64,000 bases of DNA from NCBI RefSeq assembly GCF_009914755.1, contig NC_060928.1; one strand, written 5' to 3'. Each line of letters opens with the position of its first letter. The first letter of the stretch is position 1. Positions 41,946 to 55,229 of the stretch are shown here, in pieces. The notes beneath the pieces are model-generated. The model saw only the letters and a list, made by a program, of their open reading frames with translations, searched no databases and had not been told where the DNA came from. The position numbers and the translations under genes were made by a program. Origin of the DNA: the human T2T-CHM13v2.0 reference genome, Homo sapiens.

Positions 41946-44299
41946 ATGTCTGCCATTCAGCTATGTTTTGTCAGACATTGTTCTTCGTCTGGCCAACAGA
42001 CATTGACCACCTTTTCTGATTTCCAGTAGAACACCAATTGTGTTCATTCCTTAACAGTGGTTTTCTTCCCAAGAGACTGGGACTCTCTCCAGTCTCAAGC
42101 AGTTAAACCTTAATAGAGGTATTACAATCATGTTAATCTACTCTCCTTGCAAAGTAATCGTTACAAACATGTACAAGTGTCATAATTCTGGCCAATTGAC
42201 GATATCTTCTTAGAAAGTTTCTCTTATTCTCTAACTGTCCTTCAAAACGGATAATTTTCAAATATTTATGTATTGCTTATCAAACGTGTGTCTTTACTCT
42301 GTCATAGATTGCAAAATTAACTTAAAGTTTAAAGGAACAGGGACTGTAAAGATATACACAAAACCTAAATAAGTATTTCTCAAAATATGTTAATTGAAAC
42401 CAAGAAAAAAATATTTACATAAGGTCCAGGTGCAGACGTGAACATACATATGCATGTGAAACAAGAACGGTACAAAATAATGCTTACACTTAACCAGTAA
42501 GCTAGGATATTTTCTATTCTACTATACCTTATTCTACTGTATTAATTTATATTTTAATGCTGGGGAGAATCCAGTAAATTTATTTCATTCAGCTAATAAG
42601 ATTCATAATTTGAAAAACAGAGGCATTGTAGTCTTACTCAGTAACACTCGAGCAGCCAATCAAATATAGTGCTTGTGATTTTTTAGTGCTTGTGATTTTT
42701 AAACCCACTTTTTTCGGGTCAGTATCATGAAGGCATTAATTAAATACTTCATACTTTTAAATTTATTATATTTTCCCATTAATGAACATATTGACAGAGT
42801 AACATTGCAAGTACCTTAACATAGATACCGATATGCATTAAAGACAAAATAGCCTCAACCTTTTAGATATTTAAACACCTGGAGAAATATAATTCTTTTA
42901 CTGCAGTATTTCGGTGCAATGAAAATATTCTTATTTTATGCCCTTAACACTAACCTCTTGTTATAGAATAGTGTGAAAAAAAGTCTTACAATTGTCTATA
43001 ATAGTTTAAATAAATTTTAACTAAATTCAATATTCATCTATTAGCTTCAAAAAATCTGTAATTTTTCTATGTAGTTAATAAGCAAATGTCATTAAATCAT
43101 TAAAGGTTTACACATGCTGAACTTAATAGAACATCAATTTTAACCTAATAAACTACTTTAAAAATTACTGCTATTTTGATGGAAAATATGTAGAAATTTA
43201 TTCATAACATATCTCCTAAGTATAGAAATATTCAGAAATTGTATAATCAAAAAAGCATTATAACTATTTAAAACCATATGGTTGCATATGAATACTCATT
43301 CAGTGGTAACACTGAATTGAGAATACAAAGTCCAAAGAACATCAAAGCTTGGATTAATTTATGAATATGATGATGTGATTCCCAGGTGTAATGTTTTTAG
43401 CATTTTCAGTTCTGTATTTAATCTAGATGAGTCTTATTTGGAATCAGAATCAGGTTTTCAGAATACTAAATATCAATTCCCATGTCCCAAGAATGCCAGT
43501 AAATTGCTTAGACAATCCAGCTAATTGAATTTAATTTGATTATGAGGCCGACTTTATATAACTATAAAAGATAAAAGAAAGAAAAAAGATGAAAATAAAA
43601 AACAATCTATCAAAAGTTGAGAAAAAAATTAGTAATCTCACTCTCTTTTCTATAAAAAGTATCTCTGCATCATTGCACATTTATAGCAGCATGGGTTTCT
43701 AGGCCATGGAAAGATCATTGCACATTCCTCTATCACCTTCAAAACATAGAATCATTAGAGCCTGGTAGGTAAGACGAGCACAGATAACATTTTTGTAAAA
43801 TGCCCTGAGAGGGGCATCAGTGAAGTGTCAAAAATGAGAAAGCCCAGAGTTTCAAGAAGCCACAGGTAGTTTGACTTCACATGAGCATAATGTGCAAGAA
43901 AGGGAATTGAAACCCCTTCTATTTTCAGCACCTATCTCAATAGGGCGTTTATATGGTTTCTAGAATATATCTAATCTGTATTGCTGAGCTTTTTTTTTTT
44001 TTTTTGGCAGAAATCATCCCTAATCCCTATACCACACTACTTAGCAAACATCCACATGGAGATTTCAAGTAGGCAGATACTACTCACAAGTGGGGCTCAG
44101 ACATACAAATGCAGGTTATTAAATGATAAATGGTATATAAATTCAAAGGGTTTATTGAGATATTTTGGGTTACTAAAGATAGAAAAGAGTATATAATTAA
44201 ACCTAGTACTCTGCAGCACTAAAGTCAGTGAGAGGACAAGTCTTCTAATGGGATTTGGAAGGAGGTGCCAGTGAAATAAGAAAATACATAATTCTTAAG

Positions 44300-44560
44300 G
44301 ACCAGTTATGGAATTGAATCAAGAAAAAGCCACATGATCAAATGTGTTAACTGCTGATAATTCGAGTAAGATGAGAGCTGAAAATAAATAATGGATTTGG
44401 CAAGAGGAGACCTTGCTAAGACTGGTTTCAGCAGACCAATAGGCATGAAAGTATGCTTGTAGTGTGCTAAAAGCAGAATTGGAAATGTAGAAGTGGAGAA
44501 AGCAAATTTAGACAGATGCTCAGAGTGTATTGTAAGGGGGAGCAAAAACATAGGAAAAAA
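44300..44560 (-). mobile_element. L2 fragment
   Basis: gagtaagatgagagctgaaaa...atggatttggcaagaggagaccttg. Confidence 0.6.
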
Positions 44561-45489
44561 GTTGTAGTTTAAACTTTTGCATAGTTTCTCAGTGCTTAGT
44601 ATCTATCAAAAGAGAAAAGGATGGTTATTACATGTATTTACAAGACTGACAAAATTAAGTAAATAGTAAATTACATATTTCAAAAATCTGCTTCATTTAG
44701 TTGATAGTCTGTGATGGTTTCTTCAGAGCTGTTATACACTATTATGTAAATACCTAATCACTAACACGCTGTGCATTACTTACTCTATCCTACGTGAACA
44801 CTCCATTGGAGTCATTATGGATTATTGTGTAAATGCCTAATTGCAGGCATTTTAAGATAGTTATTATTTACTTGATAGCTTGTAATGGATTTTTCAAAGT
44901 AAATATTTAGTACAACTATGCATGCCTCTTAGCGTTCAGGACTTGCCTATGAAAATAATATATAATTCCATGTATGTGTGTATGTAATATGCATACCTCA
45001 AAATCAACATTATCATAAAAGATTTTATTGAGTTTTAATGATGCTATAATTCATCATTTGTAAACAGAAGTCCTTTTGGAGTCACACAGACATGAGAATA
45101 AGTGTGATTCTCCTACCTACTAGGAGATTTTAGCTTTTTAATTTCACTCTCTCTATTGCCTACTTAAAATGGAAAATATCCACCATGAAAATGCTTGTTT
45201 ACTTGCTCTTTTCTTGCATGTACTTTTCATTGCTAAGGCAGAATGCTTTCATTACTAAAGGTAGAAGAAACTATGAATGGGTTAGTGTGTTGCTATAAAT
45301 CTGCTTGAGTTGCAATGAAGAGCTTTCTGGATTGGGTCTCTCTGCATCATTACATCATTATTATATTTGGTATATGTTTTAAGTTATTAATCTATAAGTT
45401 TTCTCTAGAGTACAACCTTCCAGACCAAGATTTGTTTCTGGATGTGTGCATTATTTAATGCAATAAGTATTTGGATGAATATAGGGTAG

Positions 45490-47530
45490 AAATTGAGATA
45501 GCAATGTAAAATAAAATGGTCAGATTAAAACTTATTGACAAGATAAAATTTGAGAAAAGGCTCCAAATAGGTTAGCATCATAAATAATTATGAGTGGAGT
45601 TAATAAATATTATTTATTATTAATAAATAACCATTATTCCAGATGGAAAAACTCGCAGTCAGTACAAAGTCACCAAGGCAGAAGTGTGCAGTATATTGGA
45701 CAAAGGTCAAGGCAGCAGTGGGAATGAACTAGAATAAGCAAGTGAAACTGTAGTAGGAGATAAGCTCAGAGAATTAAGGGTATGGAGAAGAAAGTGTACA
45801 TTATTTGGTTCCTTGTTGAATATTCTGACTTATGCTCTGAGGGAAGGGGAAAGACCACAAAATTTAGGACAGAGGGTTGCTCTGGCTTCCAAGAATCAAC
45901 TTGCAGGGATAAAAGAATTGAAGTAGAACAGTCAGTTATTCAAACAATATAGGAGCAATAATGATGAATTGAACAAAGATGATAAAGGATTGAGAAGGGA
46001 CAGTCTAGCAAATTGGATACGCTATGAGAAAAATAAATAAAGATAATTTAAAGTTTTTGGCCTGAGCAAGGGATTGGGTGCATTTGTTATCAACTGAGAC
46101 CAGAAAGGCTACTAGAAAATCAATTTGGGGTATGTGGGAAAGGAAGTTCAGGAGTTCAGATTTGTACTTATTGAGTTTGAGATAACTGCTTAATGTTTAA
46201 GTAGAAATTTGTATATATGAAGCTGAAATTTAGAGGAGGGATCTGAGGTACAGACATAAATAGTGAGTTTCAGGCACAGAGATGGCATTTGAAGCCAGTG
46301 CACTCCATATAATCACCAAATGAGGGAGACTATATAAAAAATGGTATTAAGGATGGAGTCCGGGAATACTTTAATATTAAGATTTAAGAAGAATAGAAAA
46401 AATGGTATCAAGAATAATTTATGAATGACTTAGTAATGAAAACAAGAAGATTATTTTCTCTCTCAACCCAATTAAAGAAAATATACCAAAACTGATTATC
46501 AAATTCTGCCAAGAGATTATAGTAAATGAGGACTGAATTGCAGACCATTGGATTTAGCAATGTGTAAGCCAACACCAACCTTAACATGAGAAATGAGCAT
46601 GAAAACCTGATTGGTGTGAGTTAAGGAGTGAATGGGAGGAGATAAGTTGAAGACAGAAGGAACAAACAAGTCTTTTGAAGAGACTTTGTTGTTGTTGCCA
46701 CTAAGAGGGGTTATAGAAATTGGGTGGTAGCAAATGGAGAAACTTTAGTTTACATAAAGTTTTTTTGCATTTTTTTTTCAAAATACACAGTGATAAAAGC
46801 ATGCTTGTGCAGTATAATATTTTTCTGTTGCTCTGTAACAAATTACTACAAATGTAGTGGCCTAAAGCAACAGAAATTTATTCTCTTACAGTTCTGGATG
46901 TCAGAAATATGACATAAGTCATACAGGGCTAAAAGCAAGGTGCTGACAGGGATGATTCTTTTTGAAATCTCTGAGGAAGAATAAATTTGCTTGCCTTTTC
47001 CAGGTTTTAGGGCTCTATCCTTTGCATTCTCTGGCTCACGGCCCCTTCCTCTGTCTTCAAAGCCAGTAGCATTGTATCTTCAATGTCTCTCTGTGTTTAA
47101 CATCACATGGCTTTCTCTCCCTCTGATCTCTTATCTTCCTCTTATAGGGAGTCCTGTGATTACATCGCATCCACCTGGATAATCCCTCATTTTAAAACCT
47201 TTAACCACATCCGCCAAGTCTATTTTTCCATATAAGGTAATATATTTACAGTTTCTAGGGATTAAGATGTGGATATGTTAGGGAGAATTATTCAGTCTAA
47301 AATATACATTGGTAAAAATGATTCTATAGGAAGGAACATTGTTGGTAAAGGCAGAAGAGGAAAGAGTTGCTGGGGCAATGTCTAGAGTTGGCTAGAGGTT
47401 GTGGCACGTAGTACCCAAGTAAAATGTATGGCATTAAATAGGAGTGGAAATAGTTCATCTATAATAACAGGTGAGAAGGCGGATTATATAAGTGGTGGTA
47501 GTGGTAGAAAAAAATGATGTGGTGGGAGAA
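45490..47530 (-). mobile_element. Long L2a fragment interrupted by MLT1D
   Basis: aagtttttggcctgagcaa, caggagttcagatttgtacttattgagtttgagat, gaccattggatttagcaatgt, ttaaggagtgaatgggaggaga. Confidence 0.8.
46813..47303 (-). mobile_element. MLT1D-type solo LTR
   Basis: gtaacaaattactacaaatgtagtggcctaaagcaacagaaatttattctcttacagttctgga...gtcttcaaagccag...agggattaagatgtggatat. Confidence 0.88.
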
Positions 47531-47865
47531 GTGAGCATATCTTCTTAGATTAGTCAGATTTTATTGATTACTAGTCTGCCTCTAACAATGGCTGATATGA
47601 CTATGGATTATAAACTGAACTAGTTATAAGCTTTCTAGTCAACACTTCCAAATAGACACATTCATTGACTTATCAAGAATAAACTTATTGAGTATTAGAT
47701 AATAAATACCAGGTATTACTTCCTTTAGGTAATGTGTTACAACATCTAAAAGTGTTCCTTGCTACCCTTGCCTGTTTTTAGTAACTCTCTTCTGGGTTCC
47801 CTCAACAACCACTCTCTAAACACATTAAGTAGTGTATTTACTAATAACAGTGCAGAAGTGGCATC

Positions 47866-48527
47866 TGATATGGTTCAAATTTGTTTCCCAAAATTCACGC
47901 ATTGGGAACTTAATCCTTAATTAAACAGTATTGAGAAGTAGCTCCTTCAAGTGGTGATTAGGTCATAAAGGCTCCACCTTCATGAATAAATTAACACGAT
48001 TCTCTCAGGAGTGGGTTAGTTATCCTGGGAGTGGATCCCTGATAAAAGGGTGAGTTTGACCTCCTTTCTCTTTCTCTTGCCCTTTCACCTTCTGCCATGG
48101 GATGATGCAGCAAGAAGGTCTACACCAGGTACTCAAATGCTGACACCTTGATATTGGGCTTTCCAGCTTCCAGAATTATGATTTTTTTTTTTTTTTTTTT
48201 GAGATGGAGTCACACTCTCTCACCCAGGCTGGAGTGCAGTGGCACAGTCTCAGTCTTCCCGGTTCAAGCAATTCTGCCTCAGCCTCCGCATTAGCTGGGA
48301 TTACAGGCACTTGTCACAACACCCAGCTAATTTTGGTATTTTTAGTAGAGACATCACCATGTTGTCCAGGCTGGTCTGGAACTCCTGCCTTCAGGTGATC
48401 TGCCTGTCTTGGCCTCCCAAAGTGCTGGGATTACAGATGTGAGCCCACCCCCCCGACCCCCGACCCTGCTTTTAAGTTACTCAGTCTGTTATAGTCTGTT
48501 ACAGCAACACAATATGAACTCATAGTA
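47866..48527 (+). mobile_element. MSTB-type solo LTR split by an Alu
   Basis: tgatatggtt...ccaaaattca...ggagtgggttagttatc...ccttctgccatgggatgatgcagcaagaagg...; resumes ttactcagtctgttatagtctgttacagcaacacaa. Confidence 0.88.
48182..48446 (-). mobile_element. AluS with small internal deletions and an altered 5' end
   Basis: Poly-T, gagatggagtcacactctctcacccaggctggagtgcagtgg...ggcctcccaaagtgctgggattacagatgtgagcc. Confidence 0.92.
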
Positions 48528-48892
48528 TCTCATTGAGTTATAGCCCCAATGAAAAGCTCGTATTTAAAATATGAACAAAAAATTTGTCTCATACATTTAT
48601 TAGTGTTTATTCTTTTTCTTCTTTTTTAGCATTTTTTTTATTAAGAGCATATTAATTTCCTTTATGGGAATTTCCTTCCTAACATTGTGTGCAGTCTTGG
48701 TGGTTTAGTAAACAAATAGCTCTATCCTATCATTTCAGAAGTTTAAAAGGATCTGGAAGCTATCTTGGTCAAAAAATGTCTTCTGGTTTTCCTGGTACAG
48801 AAATAGGGGGAAAATAATGCAATATAAACTCAGCTAACTTAACTAATTTTTCCCCCGGGACTGAATTTTTAATGGAGAGATTAAAGGGAAAT

Positions 48893-49114
48893 TGCCATAC
48901 ATTTTACTTGGGTAATACATGCCACAACCTCTAGCCAACTCTAGACATTGCCCCAGTAACTTTTTCCTCTTCTGCCTTTACCAACAATGTTCCTTCCTAT
49001 AGAATCATTTTTACCAAATACATTGGTAAAAATGATTGGAAGTTTGACAAGCGAAGGCCAAACTCACCCTTTTATCAGGGATCCACTCCCAAGATAACTA
49101 ACCCACTCCTGAGA
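48893..49114 (-). repeat. Complex templated insertion: inverted copies of 47309-47433 and 48003-48062
   Basis: Manual reverse-complement alignment gives 121/125 and 58/60 matches, plus a 20/20 direct copy of 47304-47323. Confidence 0.95.
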
Positions 49115-49194
49115 AATTGAAGGGCAAGGGTAAGTTCAGCAGTAGTGCTGAACTTATACCCGGAAGGCAGCCAGCCAGGCAGTGTCTGTTCTGC

Positions 49195-49511
<317 letters not shown>

Positions 49512-52422
49512 ATCTGTTCTGTTTTCTAACCTGTTTACAAGTGGGTAATCTATCCAATAAATACAATATGCTTCCCAATATATTGCCAATAAATTATCTC
49601 TCTCTCTTTTTTTTCTTTTTTTTGCTAAAGTTGGGCAAAGTTAATTCCTTGTTACTTAAAACCAAAAGACCCTAACTCATAGACTAATTTCAAGTGACTT
49701 ATATTTCAGTCCTAGAGAAATAGGACATATAATTGGAAAATGTCTATATGAGCATCTGTCAGTAAGTACTAGCAGTCAGTCAGAAAGGAATTTGAGCTGG
49801 ACTCTGAGACAAGGTAGAATTGGATTCCTTTGAGAGGAGATGGGTGAGCACTACATGTATAGAAAGAGACACAAGGGATACAGTGGGGCTTGAGGGAGAC
49901 CAATTTGAGGACCAAAGCCAAAAGACCGAATAAAGCAGAGCATTCCCTTTGAGAAGTTGCCAAGCAAATAGGATAATTTTTGTTTGAGTTTGAAAGATGA
50001 CGTTTGAATATCAATAAAGAATGTGGCCAACAATAAGTCTACATTTAAATCATTGGCTCAATATAGAAACAGGCAACAATGCAGATTTTTAGGCTTGCAA
50101 TAAAATATTGAAATTAGATATAAAATATATCTAAATATGTACATCAAAGAGAGTGAGAGAGAATAAAAGAGAAAGAAAAAAGTGAGCAATTGTAATTCAA
50201 ATCTCTTCTTTTCACAAAGAGAAGGAAGAGTAGTGGAGAGGACACTTATCAAAAAGAGAAAAACAATACATATTTTCATTATTTCTCTTATTTTCTGTTT
50301 TGTTAATGCTAAATATAAATAACAGTATTCATTTTGCATTGATGAAGAAAATGAAGCAGAAATGTTAACCAGCTTGCTGAAGTCAATGAAGCTGGTAAGT
50401 GGAATAGCCAATTTTTCCAAGGTCAAACTTTGATTAAGACAATTAATTAGATTCTATTGTTGGAAATTTTGAAGACCATGCACATTCAGTCACATAACTT
50501 TGTGCTGGACCAAAGACTCAGAAATATGATTGTAATATTACATTGTGTGTTTTCTAATCCTTTTTGCCTCAAGTATTCCTTGGTGTAAAATACGGGGAAA
50601 ATAAAGGATAATACTGTAATACAAGACTTCTTGATAAATTAGTAAAATAATTAGGCATAAGTTAAAAAGAAACAATTATGTATGTTTCAATACAAATATT
50701 CCCACAATATTATCAAACAACAAATGTCTACTTTATCCACAAGTAAGTGAAATTCCTAATTTCTTCTTGTTTAACTTAACCTGCAGCTTATTTTACTAAA
50801 AGCATATGTGGGTTATTATTCACTGTGATGTTTAATTAATTTCAATCTCCTTTCTACTGATATTTCTTTATGGTGTCACTTGAAGGACACCATGAGATTT
50901 TGATGTTAATTAAGTCATGATTCTATTGCAGTCTTAAACTTGGATATTCCCATTCAATTAATCTTGATTTTGTTCCCTGGATGAAACATGTGTATTATTA
51001 ACAAAAAAGTTGCAAGTCTAACAGGATTTTCTGTGGGAATTCTTTATATAGAAATCATGTTTATGATTAATTTCTTGTGCAATACATTGCATTTATTTCT
51101 CTTGAAATGCCCGTAATATACTTCCATTCAGTGAAATAAATAAACAGCATGCCCAGCTTAAGAAATTAAACTCTTGTTCCAAACAAAGGCTACAGATTTA
51201 ATTAAATAAATTCAACATTTTAAAAAGTTGTGTATGTGATTATCAGTATTGGTGAAATGATGTTGTAGGTTATTATTTACAGTGAAATAGATGATACTTG
51301 AAAAACTGAAATAGTCTTATTAAAATGTGCTGTATTCTCCACATGATGATATAGTACTAACAGATATTTAGAAAAATAACACACACATTGATTAAAACAC
51401 ACACACACACTTCTTCTAGTCCCTTTTCTTTTAAGTTCTTTGATTAAGTGGGAATCCTTACAGGTAACTATTTGACATCAGTTATTCCCTTCAAACTTAG
51501 GAAGATAATCATATTAGTTACTGACATGATCCTCAATAAAAGCAACATAATTTATTGAGACTAAACATATGAATATATTCATATAATTGCATTAAATTTA
51601 CTAATTGGCAAATCCCATTAGGTCAGGAACCATGCCCATATTGTTAACCATAATATCTTCACATACTTAACACTGAACTTCATGTAAATTAGATATACGT
51701 AAGTATTCATTTAAAAATTTTATAAAATATGTTCAGAAGCAAATAAATTGGCTTCTGTAAATTCTGGCACAGAGTTACACCTCCTGACATAAACAACTAT
51801 AGCCCTTGAATAACTGTATAAAGTAACTTCAGTCATTGAACAAAAGCAGTGTAGGACTATGATCCTCCTGAGGAGAGGATTCTCATGAAACAAACGCTAC
51901 ATTTGCCTGCCTCTCTACCTGGGAATATTTTCCCAACTTTGCTGCAAGGAGCTGGTGCAAATCAGAGCAGAGTGGGGGCACTGGGCAAAACAGGCAGAGA
52001 TCAGCATTCACTGCTGCTGAGGTGCTTAGAAACTGGGAGGTGTGGCACCAGAGAGAAGGATGGTAATACAAAGAGTAGACAGTGGGAGATTGTTTTCTGC
52101 TATTCTTTGGCTAAGGGCTGAGCTAAGTATTTGAAGGTCTTAGCAGACAGTGACTGCTATAAGACTAAGAATGATGAAAAAATTCCTAGATGTTGAACTT
52201 TGCTGGAATACATTAAAATTCCAGCATAGCCACGGTGTAGAGACTGTTAATACTGTGGTATCCACCTTGGACACTAAAACTTTGTGCCTTCAAGAATAAG
52301 GACCACACTGTGAAAGACTCCTCTAGGCCTGTCCTAATGAAGTCTAAAATCAGTCCATTACAAGATCTGCATGGGTGACCCAGTCTGGAGTCTTTGTCAT
52401 GATTTGAACATACAGAGTCTAT

Positions 52423-52955
52423 TGCAGTGGAGGGAAAAAAGAAAACCTCTTCCTCTATCCTTCTAGGTTTTCCAGATATGGCTCTGCAAATTATATTGAC
52501 AAAGGACAGATTAACAAGGACAAAGTAAACAGAGTGTATTCACACCTGCACTCAATGATTAGTCATTCGAAAAGGTGGTTAGAACTTGGGATTGACACAG
52601 CATCCCAACAAAGAATGATGAATGTATAGAGAAATAACAAAGGAAAGAAAAAGGGTTTTAGGCTTTCAGGGGCAGCAAACAGTGGGAGAGTACAAATATG
52701 ATGGACTCACTGAGGAGAAAGGTTTCTGTAGGTTCATCTCATTGCTGACTTCATCTTCCTCAAGGCCACAAAACTTCCCTGGGGAAAAGGAATTAATAGT
52801 GGGTTATAACTTCTCAGAAGATTCTGCTCTTAATTAGATAATGGAAACGCCAAGACTTCTTTCTGTATCTGTTGGACCTTAAATGCCTTCAGCTCAAAAT
52901 AATCATTACACCAAATTGGTTTATGGGGTAGCATATTTTGATTATCCACACTACA
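52423..52955 (-). mobile_element. MER34/MER39-like LTR (ERV1, MER4 group)
   Basis: tgccttcagctcaaaataatc...ggggtagcatattttg...ctaca at one end; aaggacagattaacaagg near the other. Confidence 0.75.
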
Positions 52956-53405
52956 AATTTCTAGTACACAATTTAAAACACTACACAGGCATAAAATAAG
53001 TAAAATGTTCAATTATAAGGACAAAATATCAAAATAAACAAACAAAAATTACTCTAGTATATTCTCTGACCACAGTATAAAATAGAAATAAATATCAAAT
53101 AGGCATCTGAAAAAATATTTAAAAAAATACATCATGACCAGTTGGGTTTATGCTATGAAAAAAAAGTTAATTTCAATACATTGTAAATATTTATAAATTT
53201 AAGATGAGGGAATGTTATTTTGTTATAACTTTCAAATTGATTTTCATGACTACTTTGAATTTGAGCAATTTTTTATATATTCATTAGCCATGTGTTTTAT
53301 TTCTGATGAAAATCTTTTTTATATTTTTGGCTCAATATTGTAGGCATTACTATAGTCTGAAAAATCATTATTTTTCCATTTTATTATGCATTTCACTTCA
53401 GTTCA

Positions 53406-53778
53406 TGATATGGTTAAGCAGTGTGTCTCCACCCAAACTTCATCTTGAATTGTAATCCCCATACTCCCCACGTGTCAAGAGAGACCAGGTGGACTTAATT
53501 GAATCATGGGGGTGGTTTCCCCCATACTGTTCTTGTGATAGTGAGTTCTCACAAGATCTGATGGTTTTATAAGGGGCTCTTCCCACTTTGGTCAGCACTT
53601 CTCCTTCCTGCTGCCTTGTGAAGAAGGTATTTTGCTTCTCCTTCACCTTCTGCCATGATTGTAAGTTTCCTGAGGACTTCCCAGCCATGCTAAACTGTGA
53701 GTCAATTAGACCTCTTTCCTTTATAAATTACCCAGTCTTGGGCAGTTCTTTATAGCAGTATAAAAACAGACTAATACA
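53406..53778 (+). mobile_element. THE1D-type solo LTR (MaLR)
   Basis: tgatatggtt...catcttgaattgtaatcccc...taattgaatcatgggggtggtttcc...gccatgattgtaagtttcctgagg...cagactaataca; TSD gttca/gtcca. Confidence 0.95.
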
Positions 53779-54043
53779 GTCCATTTATAGCTTTTATTTT
53801 TGTTTTGATATGGTGGCTTTTGACAAACAGATGCCATCTTTTTATCATTCATTTGTGATTATCAAGATCTACTGTCTTGATTTGTACTTTCTGTATCTTA
53901 TTTAGTAAATTCTCCTCTGCCTGAATGCCATAAAGATATTTTCTAATACCTAAATTTTAAAGTTTTGCTTTTCACAAGGAAGTATTTATGATCAAATCAT
54001 TCATCCCATTTCTAACAAACTGTAATATCTTTTTATCCTAAAC

Positions 54044-54541
54044 TGTATTAGTTTCCTATTGCTGCTTTAACAAATTAGCATACACTGTTTGGTTTAAAAC
54101 AATACCGATTATAATCTTACAGGTATGAAATTCAGGAGTCCAAAATGGGTTTCAGTGGGCTAAGATCAATGAGTATGCAGAGCTGTAGTCCTTCGGGAGG
54201 ACCTAGAGGAGAAGGTGTTTCCCTGACTCTTCCACGTTCTGGAGGTCTCCTTTGTTCTTTGCTTTGTGGCTGCCTTCCAGTTAGCAGTGGTATCATTCTG
54301 GTTTCTGCTTCCATCATGACATCTCCTTCTTTGACACTTCTGCCTCCTTCTTTCACTTAGAAGGATCTTTATTATTTATTACATTGAACTCATCCAGATA
54401 ATCTAGGATAATTTTCTTATCTCAAAATCTTAACCTTAATCACATCTGCAAAGTCCCTTTTGCCATGTATGGTAACATATGCACATATTGCAGGGATAAG
54501 GACATGGGCATATTTGGGGGACTAGTTTTCTGCCTACCACA
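54044..54541 (-). mobile_element. MLT1D-type solo LTR
   Basis: tgtattagtttcctattgctgc...ttaatcacatctgcaaagtcccttttgccatgta...ttctgcctaccaca. Confidence 0.92.
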
Positions 54542-55229
54542 CGCATCAGTTTCTAAAAAATATCTGAACATGTTTCTAGCTTCACTTTTTCTTCTAAGGC
54601 ATTATTTTTCTATCTCCGCCAAACTAGTACCTATATTAAATATTCTTTATTTGAAAGATATGTTTGTTAGAGCAGGTCCACACATCCTGCCTTCTCACTA
54701 CTGTTTTTATCTAATTGAAACAAATCTTGGCCATCTTGCTACATTTATCATCTGTATAGAATTTAGATTGAATTTATATATCGTAACCCTGGAAAAATCA
54801 TGTTTGTATATTGATTGAAATTACATTGAGTTCAGAGATTAATTGGGAAAAATTTTCATCTTTATTGTGTAAACTCTTCCAACTCATGGAAATTATTCGT
54901 ATTTCTATTTATTTTCATCTTTTATCTCTTTTAATAAAATTGTATAATTTTTCGTAGTGAGCTTTTCCATCACCTAGTAGATTACCTTTAAGTTTTCTAT
55001 GTTTTTTTGCTATTCTAATGGTTTTATGATGGTTTTTAATTGTTTGGAGTTAGTATACAAATTTACTTTATATGTTTATAAACTCTTGCATAATTATTGT
55101 TACAATGTATATTTATTGAGTATATTGGATGCAAATATTTTAGGATTTGTTCTTGGTGCTCCCAAACACAAAGAATAAAATAGAAAAATTGAACTTCATT
55201 AAATTTAGCTTCTAGCAGAAAGACAATAA

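Larger units (their letters stand above)
53230..55150 (-). mobile_element. Fragmented L1ME ORF2 interrupted by THE1D and MLT1D
   Basis: tcattagccatgtgttttat, gccataaagatattttcta, gattgaaattacattgagttcagagattaattggg. Confidence 0.6.

Noticed and set aside
42667-42700. 17-bp exact tandem duplication tagtgcttgtgattttt
   Set aside because: Ordinary slippage duplication.
51567-51584. Perfect 18-bp palindrome atatgaatatattcatat
   Set aside because: Almost all A/T and plausible by chance or slippage at this base composition.
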